DNA from: an uncultured Bacteroidales bacterium
GTDB lineage: Bacteria; Bacteroidota; Bacteroidia; Bacteroidales; Bacteroidaceae
NCBI GenBank assembly: GCA_902801485.1
Contig: CADCIP010000010.1
Location: 25,465-89,464, forward strand
DNA: 64,000 bases
Reading direction: 5' to 3'
Positions 43,767 through 55,700 of this stretch are shown here, piece after piece. Numbering within the stretch: position 1 is the first letter of the stretch; every line of letters begins with the position of its first letter. A program made the position numbers and the translations under genes. Under the pieces are notes generated by a model. That model saw nothing but the letters and a program-made list of their open reading frames with translations. It made no database searches and had not been told where the DNA came from.

Positions 43767-46700
43767 TTACTTAATATACAACTTCTTCTTATTAACAATG
43801 TACGTGCCTGGTGCTGTGACAGGTGTGATGACCGTCTTACCCGGCTCAAGCGTGTAAGATGCCAGCAATGCACCTGTAGCATTGACAATGTGGATGGTCT
43901 TAGCCGTCTTCAGGCCAGATACGGTAACAATGCTTCTGCCACGAGCGTAAATCTCTATTCTACCGGTATCTCTGCTCTGCAGATCCTTGTCAGGCTCAAT
44001 GGTACCACTGGCAACATTACTGAACTCAATGTAGTTAACCTCCCTTACACCATTGGATGGTACTGTAGTAAAGTACGGACGGAAGGCCTCTACGGTAACG
44101 GCATCACCCTCAGTAGGTACCTTATTATACCTGTCACCATCTTCATTGAGCGCCCATGCTGTTGTACCTGCAGCCAGCGTCTGGTTCATGTAGCTGGGAC
44201 GGAAGATATAACCGTTCTTTGTTGCTTCAGCCTCTGCCTCTAAGATTTCGTCGTCGCTCACGCGGATAGTGATAGCCGGATTAGAAGCGAAGGTAATAGT
44301 CTGCTTATCCAGTTTCGCGGGCTCCTTTGCGGTGTTCAAAGGTATGAAGCTACCGCTTAGGTCGAACTCGTAGTAGGTTGAACCTGGGAAGCCAATCAGG
44401 TATGGCGTAGCCTGGGTGAGCAACGGGTATCCGTTGTATTCACGTTTCTTCTCGTAATAAGTCCTATACAAATCCGTGTTCGCATCTTTCTGGTCATGAC
44501 CACCTTGAATTCCCTTGTAGTAGTAATCCCACAGGAAAGTATTCGTTACATCCTTCTTATTGTTGTTATCAGGATCTGGGTAGGTAAAGTTGGCAACCTT
44601 GACATTATTGTTTGCGTCCTTATCCGTGATTTTTTCTAACTTACGCAGCCAGTATTCATGACCTGTGTCACTGCCCTTATAGAAGTGCGAAATTTCACCC
44701 TTCTGCTGTGTTGTAACCAGTTCAGCGGCGAACGGCAGACTGATGCCTTGCCAGCCCTTCGTCAGGGCATCCTGCGTCAGGGTTACAAACTCGTCGTCGT
44801 CCGGTGTACGTTGGTACCACATGCGCTTATCGCTGGCAAATTTGTATGAGATAGGCGCATTAAAGTCGTTCTTATCTACCAGGAGGTGGTCGTTCACAGA
44901 CTCATACTTGATACCGTCGTTCGCAGGATTTGCCATCTTCTGAACCCAGTGACCTTGTATAGCATACATATTAGCTGCCACGGTGCGATAGCCCTCAGTA
45001 CTTTCTGCGTAAGTTGGGTCAGCAAGAGCGGCGCTCACGGTTGTAGCGGTCTTTCCATCGGCAAATGTGTATGCCAACAGGTTCTTTGTCAGGTCGATAT
45101 TATTGAATCCAGTCAGACCATCATCGTCCAGCAATGGAGCATAGAACTTAGTGCTGGTATTGTTTGGCCCGAACTTTAACTCATAAGCATTCTTGGTCCC
45201 ATTAGCGGCATACATATCATTGTAGCCAGAGAAGTCAATGGCTGTCATATCCTTATGTGCATCGTGGGCCGTTACATTGGCAGCTATCTGTTCTGCTGTC
45301 AACTTCTCGCTTTGTGTAAAGATGGCGTATGGGTTAAAGTAAGCTACACCCATATCTTTGCTGCGGAAGTATGCCGGAGCACGATATACACGGTTACCAT
45401 ATTCGTTCGTCAGCAAGCGGCTGTTGCTACGGATGATAGGTGCAGGCAATTCCTGATGACTGAGACCCGTAACCTGGTTGTAGTTCAGTGCCTGACCGAA
45501 GTACAGATAGTCGTCTGGCCAGATGGGTGAGAAGTAAACAACATCAATATCCTGGTTGTTTTCATCCTGCTCCGTCACAATCCTCATACGTATGTCGGTT
45601 TCATCGGGGATGGTACCGTTGGCATAACGGTAGTCACCATCCTTGAAGCGCTGCTCTACATAACCACGTCTTCTTGCAACATCTTCAGTTCCAATGGGAT
45701 AGTAAGCGTAATTATAGGGATAGTCACCTGTGCTCATTTTTTCGGGCAGAGTGCCATCAGCATTGGGCTGGAGGTAGTTATATTCTACCTTAGTTCCAGT
45801 CCATGACTTGTTGTTGTCATAATAACGCTTGCGCAAGTAGAATCCGTTCAGGTTGTAAGCTACTTCACCGTTGAAGAACGACTGAGCAGGCATTGGGCGG
45901 GCAATACCTCTACCATCATCAGTGTCTTTATACGTATTGGTATTTAGACTGTAGCAGTTTTCAATCTGTGTACCACTGCCCACTGTTTGACCAATAATAG
46001 CCTTAGTGGTGTTAACTGGCGTTCCTGTAGTCATTACCCAGCAGTTCTCGGCATAACCCTCATCTGCGTAATCTGCAACACCACCGCCTGTGAATGAACC
46101 TGTAACACCTAAGTTATATACATTACCACAGAGTTTGCTGAAGAGGGAACTGGTAAGGCCGGTTATCTTGTGACCATCACCATGCAAGGTACCTTCGAAG
46201 CAAATATCATTTGCAGGGTTATCATCGTCATCATTCTTGCCGATAGGTGTCCATGGGTCATCTTCATATACTGCTGGATTCTCGGTTGTAGCAGCTGTTT
46301 TTAGTTTCTTGCTATGGTCAATATCCGTACGCAGGATGAATTGCAACTTGTTAGCTCCCTTCACACGACTCTCCATTGGAACGTGTCCTGCCAGAGTGCC
46401 AGTTCCGCCTATTGGATCAGGTTTACCATCATGGTCTTCGTCTTTTTGTTCTATCAAGCTTAAATCAAACAATCGCTTCAACTCATCCAGACCGTTCTTT
46501 GTGGTTTGGGGATCGTTGGTTGTGTAATCATTGATGTATATCTTAGGCTCACGCTTTACACCACTATTATCAATGTGCATGTGGTGTGTCTTGTTGGCAT
46601 CAGACATCACCTCTGCCAAGTCGTGGTAGTTGGCCACGCTTACAGGCACATGGTTAGAGTAGGTACGGCCCAGATAGGTCTTTGCGTAGTAAGCCACATA

Positions 46701-49700
46701 CCAATCATCCTGATACCAGTAGAGCGGGTCGTACTGCGGGTCGTAGTCGATACCGTTGACGTGACTTTCTGCATCTCCAGGTGTCTCAAACAACTCCCAT
46801 CCACCACCGGTGATTTCGTATGCACCAGGTGTTACGTCAGGCTCCATCATACTGATATATTCGCCTGGTATAATCATGCTGGGCTGGATGATATCTTCTA
46901 CGGTAGGTACACCACTCTTGAACTGCAGGTGGATATTAACCACATGACGTTCACTGATAGGAGTTACATTACCACTAGCATCACTCTCCTCATAGTCGTA
47001 TTGGTAAATTACGGTGATAATCTTCTCCTTAGAGAGATTATAGATATCAGAGTTTCGGGCCACATAGAACGTACTGGTCTCTGTGGGAGATATGCCATGG
47101 ATGGTGAAATTCTTCTGGTCGTTGGGGAGATTTGAATAGCGATAGAAGGTGAGGCCATGATCGGTGTCATCGGTGCCAATGATTGCTCCTACAGGTACAG
47201 TTGCCCCTGCGCCATAACTATTATTGTTACTACCCTTGATACTCTTTACTGCATTGTCATTATTTCCTATATTATAGCTATTTTTGCAATAATAGTAGTC
47301 TTTGCCTTCATCTTCACTATCAAAATGTAATACAGTAACTTTAGCTTTCTCCTCGTCTGTCAGGTTATTATAAGCCTCTTCAGTAATTTTATCTCCAACG
47401 TTTTTGTTTTCAAATGCAGTGTTGACTACATAGTAGTCGCCAGCTTCCTCCACATGGATTGTTTCATAATTCGATTTTTCAACATCAGTCAGATTATTGT
47501 AGCCTTTGGTTGTGACGTTTATGTCGGCGGTACTGATGATAGTACCTATAGTGACCTCATCGCCGTTATAATAATTTTTACCCTCACGATCTCTAACGGG
47601 ATTCTTATCTATAGTATAATTCTCTCGGCAATAATAATAAGTTCCAGTTTCACTAAATGGAATAATATCTATTTCTTCCGGATTTTTCACAATTTCACCA
47701 TCCGTTTCCTGTAGGCTGACAAACGTTGCATTGTCAATGGTTGTACCTACTGCATAAACTGTATTGCCTATCTGGAAGGTTTTATTGACGATGTAATATT
47801 CGCCAGCTGTTTTAACATCAATAGCAGCATAGTGACGCTGTTCATTGTTCAACGACTCATAAACTTCTCGGCTCAGTTCGTCTCCCTTTTTAATTTCATC
47901 ATCGGTTACGATTGTCGGCACATTATTTTCTACACGTTTGATGCTAATGTCATATCCTAATTCCTTGGTTTCGTTGCTATTGTATGTGGCTGTATAGTCG
48001 ATTGGAGTTTCCAAAGAGTAAGTGGCAGGATTAGCTTCTGCTCCATCCGGAGTACCTGCTGCGCTGTCATACTGGTACTTTTGACCCTCTTCGTGTACTA
48101 TGTTACCCTCTTCATCCTTGCTATAAAGTGAGTCAATGAGAAGGTCAAGAGCATCATAGTTGAAATCGAACTTCTGACGGTCTGTTTCAGACATTGAACT
48201 CCAAGCCTCCAAGCCACGATAGTTCTTACCTGATTCATAGTAGTTTCCGCCAAAGAGTCCTTCCTTGGTACAATAGTAGGCGGGAACAATCTTCTTTGTT
48301 ATTTCCTCTCTCAGAGTCACTAACGATGTCAGTGACTTCTTTTTATCAGTTTCTATTTCTAAGGCCTTGATTTGTTCTGGCGTTAACTCCCCGGCATCAT
48401 CCATAATCTTATTCATGTCAGCTTTAACTGAGTTAACATAACCGGTCATCTCACCGTAAGTCATCTTACTGTTCATGTAGATGAATTCGTCCTTACTCAA
48501 TTTGATGGTACTGGTACAGATGTATGCAGGTTCTGCCTTTCCTTCGTATTCAGTATTGGTTGTGGCTTTCGTCTTAGAAATAGTTGAACCAATATTCTGA
48601 TGGTGGGTTTCGCCAGTCTCATCGTCCTTAATGCTAACCTGCTGAGTTACAATGTAGGCTTCTTCGAAGTTGGCTTGTTCACCATCCTCTGGAGTTACTT
48701 TTTTGTCAATTTGACTATTGTTGTTGACATCCTCTCCCGAATCAAGTGTGCCATTGTTGTTGACATCTTCATTGATATTCTTCACATACGTGTCATAGAC
48801 ATCCGAAGAGATGAGTTCACCAACCTTATAGCTAATCTGTCCAAGAACGCTACCAGTTCCAGATTTAAGATGGTAGGTGGGGCCGTCGTGATAGAGCAAC
48901 TTATCTTCGGTAGATTTTGTTTCGAATGTAGAGACAGAAATCTTCTTGTCCTCGTTTCCAGTGGGTGTAATCTTTGTATACCAGGTATTCCATAATTCAG
49001 GGTTATTTACCTTATAGGTCAGGATATAACCACGGTTGTGACTCACATTATTAGATGAACGGAAGATATAATCTTCATCCGCATTTTTCTTGTTTGCATC
49101 CTGAATAGTATTGCCTTCGACATCTTTGTAAGTATGCGTTCCGTAATTTGCAAGCTCATTTGGTGTCAGAACTATGGTCCCGGCAGGATGAACCACAGGG
49201 TCATCATCTATACAAACATCTACGCAATTGACGTAAGTTTCCGGTTTAAACAATTCTTTTTCAGAAGCACTCAGCAGGTTGTAGTCCCAATAGCTGATAG
49301 GATCGTTCAGATAGTAGACCTTGTCGTTAATAACAATTTTTTTGCCACTTTCCAGTTTTACACCGGGAGATGCATAGTATGCATAGTAGTTAGGCTGTAC
49401 ATTAATTAAATGCATCTTTCCGTGTGACGCAGCAGCAATGGTCAATGGGATGTCTATGGTCTCACTGAAAGCATTGGGATTACCCGTGTAGGCTGAGATG
49501 TACTGGTCGTATACATATATCTGACCCTTGATGAACCAGTAATGGGCAGGTACAAAGTCTGTGCTTAGATAACGACCACTGACATTGTAGCAGTCATCAA
49601 TAATAGTCTGGGTGCTGTGTACAAAGTTACCTGAGGTCTCCCATTCATACTTGTTATTATCACTAGTATCGTATTGATAGTCCCACTTAGTAACGGCACC

Positions 49701-52700
49701 ATTGTTCAATGCCGTCAGCGTAGTATTTTTGTGATTGGTTTTGCTGCGTTTGCCATGTTCGTTCTTGGCATAGACGAATCCACCACCAATACCGGTCTGC
49801 ACATTAATAAGGTCAAGCTCTATGACACCGGTAATGGGGCCCCAAACTTTTTCGTTCAAATCAGTTCCAGTACTCTCCTCTGTGGTCAACTCCAAATATA
49901 CACCGGATGCCAAGGCCACCTTGTTGTGGCTGTTTCCATTATTGCGCTTATGCTCCTGATGGAAGGCTTTTTTCCATTTGTAGAAGTCGGTGCCGGGCTG
50001 ATTATACACATAATTTGTATAGGTGGGGTTATCTTCATTATCAACTCCGGTTTGTATCTTTGCATCTTCTTTATAAATCGAGTTATTGTTATCTGTTGTT
50101 CTGATATCGCCGGCACCATCTTCACCGCCAAAGTCCACGTCGCTAGTCAGGGCGCCTAAGTAGTTTACAATGTTGTAAATACCAAAGTAGTTACCATGCA
50201 TATAGCCATCGGTATCTACTGCATCACCTGCTGTGGAAATCTTCTTGTTCAGAGAGACCTCACGAACACGGTTAATGGTGTAGTTGGTATAGTCCATGAT
50301 CTCTGGTACACGGTCCTGTGCTCCCTGCATCACCATACGGCTACCAAAGACACCACAGAAATCAGCACGTTGGATACTGTTCATCAGTCTGCCGGCATAA
50401 ACAGGCAAAACTCCGTTCTCTTCCCAATAGGTATCATTGGGTTCCCAAACTTCATTTGTTTCATTATAGTTAAGAATAGCAGTAGTGCCATCTTTGACAG
50501 ATTCATATTTCTTTGTTGTCTCGTTATATTCAAGGAACAGAGTCAGCAAGTCATCTGCTGTGATGGTTGACGCCTTAGTGTTTCCATCCTCGGCGTAATA
50601 CCAAGTATGTTCTTTATCCTGACAAGTTTTCTTGCACTTATATTTCAACTCATAGTAAGCAGCCTCACGATCAGGTAGGGCTTTGTACTCAGAGATTGTA
50701 ATTTCTTTTTTAATGGAATAGTAATCGGTACCATAGTTGGTGATGTTCAACTCACGGTAGCCATCTACCAGTGTCAGGTTACCATCACCATACAGACCAC
50801 CGGTATGACCTGTACCCAGTGTGATCATATCGCGGTGATAGATATCGTGGACAGAGGCGGTGGCATTACCAAATACTGAGATGGTATTGGCATTGGTGGT
50901 GGAACCTGATGAGGTGTTACCACCAGCAAATACAGCATTATGGATAATGATACCAAAGTCATCAAGTTGTCCCCATGTGGCTTTATCTTCAGAGTCGTTT
51001 TTGGCCTTTAATGTATTAAGGGCAGCAATAGGAACATAAGTGCCAGCAGAATAGGTGCGATCGAAAGTAATACCGGCTGGGTCAATTACGTTTCCAAAAA
51101 TATCTATTTTGTTTTTGTAGCTATCATTCTCTTTCAGGTAATTAAAGTCTATTGTGGCGACTTTTTCGCCTACTGCATAATGAATACCTGTGAAAGAGGC
51201 CGTTTCGCCAGTCTTAACTTTACACTGTGGCTCAATAAGTACCTTGCAGTCCTCTGTAAGCATTCTTTCTTCCTTACTGGTTGAGCCTGTAGTCACGGTT
51301 TCTGTGATGAAACCTTGAGAATCTATGTTTGAACCAGTGGAGTTGTCGCCATACCATTTGTGTTTGTAGTAATAACCTTGATAATCATCTTTATAGCGTT
51401 CACTTCCTTCGGGTTTCACGCCTCGGCCAAACTTAACAACCTTCTCGTTTCCTGAAGTTACCTCTTCGTACTCGTAAGCACTGTACACATATCCAATATC
51501 GCCACCACCAAAGACGTTGCCGTCACCATTGGCTGTGCCTGCAGTAGTTCCAATCTCTCCACCATGGATGTGCACCTCAGTTTGACCAAAGATGTAACCA
51601 TCACAGTTAAGCTTACCATGTTCATTCAGGTTGTTGTATCCACGACCGCCACCAAAGACATTTCTGTGTACATGACCACCAAACATTTCTACATCAGTTC
51701 TACCGGGACGGTAAATACCAACTAGCGTGCGGGTAGTCTTGCCTCCAGTGGAAGATACGCTCATTTTTCCACGACCAATAGCTGCAATCTCACCTCCACC
51801 AAAGACACTATTGCGGATATGGCCGTCGTAGAGATTTACAAAGGTCTTGTCAACGCTACTGTTGTCCACGTAACCACCGCCAAAGACGCAGCCGGCTTCA
51901 TAAAGACGAGAGTTGGGAATATGATTGCCGTCTTTATCTTTGTGCGTATCGTCATCTATCTTCTCAACATAACGTTCATCGTGATCTGTTTCTTGGTCAT
52001 CTTGTAGAGCGGCATTATATTCATATCCAATATATCCATTGTTAATGGTTACGTTAGAATTACCATAAATGGGAGCACCCTCGCCTCCACCATATACGTT
52101 ACGTGTAACGGCGGGAATACCACTTGTGAAATTGTTGCCTTCAACATAAAGGTCACCAATCACCACATTGGTTTCGCCTGGAATGTCATTTGTTGGTGCA
52201 TCGCTAAATTCACCTACGTGCTTGCCGACTTCACCATTCCAACCGCCGCCATAGACATTACGACAAGTACCACCCTTGATGTAAACATTGGCACTGGCCG
52301 TAAAGTTCTTGCACTCTACAGAATCCTGAACGGCACCAGAGGTTCCAGCGGCATAGATATCCTTATTTACCTTACCACCCAGCAATGCAATATAAGTGGT
52401 ACCGGCTACCTTGGCATATTCACCCAAGCCACCACCGTAAGCATAGTTACCTACGTAGGCACCTTCGTTGATGATAACATTGGTGTTGAATTTACCGCCG
52501 GTGTTGCCCAAAAGTTCTTTGGTTCTGCCATCCATCTCATTGGCAGTTCTGACAAGTCTATCATTGCTTAGATTCGTCCAGTTATTAGCTGTGTAATTGC
52601 GTGAGCCTTGTGCATCCGAAAGGGGATCAAAATAAAAAGAACCATCTGAGTAGGTACCAGACAATCTCCATGCTTCGTAGGGGATTACAATATCTCCATC

Positions 52701-55700
52701 TTGTTTACCAGGTCTGTCGGGTGCATAGTCATTCATGTACTTTTGAACACTCTGTGCATTATACACTTTTCCGTCCTGGCCGCCACCATAGACCTCCCAA
52801 ACCTCAGCACCATCGTTCAGGTTGACCTCGGTGTACTCCGACCATGTGTCAGCACCCAGTCCGGCACCAAAGATGTAACCGGTACTACTACCATATTTCC
52901 AATGTTCTGTATTGACGGGCGAGTTGATGTTTACCTTACTATAGATGGTACGGCGCTCGTTGTTATTACCACCATAGATGGAACCTCTCTGTAACGGATC
53001 TCCAACAGGTTGTTTCGTATCCTCATCTATTCTTGGTGGGTTGTAAATGAGTAGGGCGTCTTTACTACTGTATATCACATTGGCCTCATAAACATCACAT
53101 GGGGTCCAATAGTTCAATCCGTAAGCGCCACCAAAGATACTACCAATCTTGATGGTAGATGTTTCGGGAACATTTACTACGGTACGCAATGTAACGCCTT
53201 CTTCATAACTGCCACCGTATGCAGCACCAATCTGACCGCTCATCAAATCAATAGTGGCTGTAGCTTCATCCAAAACGAAGTCTTCTTCATAGGTTTCTTT
53301 TTTGCTATAGCGCATACCCATACCGTTTCTTCTGCCGGCACCGAATACCTCGGTATCTCGGAACGGTTGTGGTGTCTTACCCTCATCATATCCTGGGAGG
53401 TTATAGAAAGGTAAATTTATAAGAACGTAGCTGTGGTCTTGCATCTTGTCACCTTCCAGTCCTGCTGCACCCTGGCCACCACCAAAGACTTTGGACAGAT
53501 GGTTAAAACTGGCAAAAGCGCTGTTCGTGATGTTCTCATCAGGTCTGATATCGACAACAGCGTTATGGTTGTATGGCATATAATCACCTACGCGGCTCTT
53601 GTATTTGGGATCTTCGTAGTCATAGTCGCCATAACAGCCACCAAAGATACCAATGGCGTAACCTTGATCATAATGAGTATAGGTGGTGGCAATCCTGTTT
53701 TGATTATTAAGGTTTACTGTAAAATTATCTGCGTTCAGGATGCGACCTCCCAAATCGTTGGCGCCATAGGTGTAATCACGAATGAAGGGGTAACCGCCTT
53801 CCTCTAGTCCGGATGCATTCAGACCTTTTCCGATGTACGTCTCGGCATGACCCAGCACATCGGCATTACATGCACCGCCCCAGGAGTTGAAGATACGTCC
53901 ATTGCCCAGATACACGCGGGTATCGCCTATAACAGGTCCTTGGAAACCACCACCATAGGCAAACTCGATATCTGCCATGTCTTCTCTTCCGTTAACATCA
54001 GAACGTGGCGTTCCGTATTTGTCTGCAGTACCATGCAAGTTGATGGTGGTACTGTATGCGGGGTTGTACTCGTATCGTTTGCCGTTGAATGAGTAGTAGC
54101 CAGTAGTCTTGTCATAAGTTCCATCTGCTGCATTACTTGTGCCAGTGGATTTACCAATCACACCTTCCTCACTACCACCAAAGACTTGGAATGTATAACT
54201 CTTCTTAACGTTGATGGTAGTGCTGCCCCATACCTCGGAGTCTTTACCATAGCCTCCAGCAAAGACGTTAAGGGCAGAACCCAAAACGTCCATACCCTGC
54301 TCGTCGAGGATTACACCCGAGTTACGCTGGGTAATGTGATATTTGAAATCTTCTGGATGGTCGTACAATGAGCGGTCCGGATCGTTGCTGACAACGGCAA
54401 AGACTTCGTCGCGCTTTACCAAATCATTTTCCAGATTTATTACGATATTGCCGTTTACATGTCCGCTATGGTAGCAGCCTCCATATACGTTACCGCCTAA
54501 GAGACGGCGGGCAATGTCATCATCAGTTGCATCACCGGTACCTGAGCCAGAAGTTGTCTCTACAAAGCCATTGGTCCATTCATAGTAATTGCTTCCGTCG
54601 GCAGCTTCATTTCCTGTAGCGGTATATTCGGTATATTTGTTGTTGCTTTCTTTCGTGTAATACTTCTTACCTTCCGTTAATGTAGTACCATTGGGTACAG
54701 CGGTATAATCCTCCCACTTAACGGTGTTCCATTCCAATGCGTTGTCTAATGTTGTACCGGTTTCGGTCAACCTCTTGGGTTCAAACCGGATACCTTTTCC
54801 TTCGTAAGGCGTGAAATTCAGCTCCAGACGGTCTTTAATCTTTTTGTTTTCGCCACTGCCCTCTGTGTATCCATCAGAGTTTGCTCGTTCAGCCAGACTT
54901 CCAATAATTCCACCATCATATGCTGCATTATAAGGGCCTTCAGGAACGTATGCATCGTTACAACCACCGACAAACTTGTTGTAGATGGTAATGGGAGCAT
55001 TCAACGTCATGGAGTTTTCACCACTATACGTCATACTGCCTACATTTCCACCTAAGAAGAAACTACCGATATAGCTGGAATATGGTATGTAATCCTCTTT
55101 GTCGGCAGGAGTTTTTTCGAAGGATAGGGTGGGCTGCATATCCAAGGCGGCTCCTTCCATATATTCAGCAAATGTGGAGGCGTCCTGTTTAAAATCAATG
55201 GTAAAGTAGTCTGTGTAACCGTCTTCAACTTTTCCGATTTTTCCATCTTTATCAACGCCTTTGGCATAAAATTCCAAAACGTCCTCTTTAACCATGCCCT
55301 CTCCGTTGTTGCCAAGGAATACGTTCTCGGCAATAACATGGGAACCCATTTTAAGTTCTACCAAAGGGCTCTCCATGCTGGATTTCAGCGTAGCGCAGTT
55401 TCCTCCTAAGAAAACCTTACCACGGATGATGGTGGGCTCCTGAGCACTTTTCCCTCTCAAATGGATGGATACCTGCTCTGCATTGGGGCGGAAATCGTTA
55501 AGAGCTCCTATAATAGACGTAGCCCCCGAGGGCTGCTCAAAATAAAGGTCTTTGAAGTATGGGTGGCTCGCTAGTTCTGGGTTGTTTGTATATGCGTATG
55601 CACCGTTACCACCACCATAAACATCTCCACGGATACTGGTTCTGATGCCCACTGCATTACCGCCCGTTACCTTACCCGTAATGTCGTTACCACCATAAAC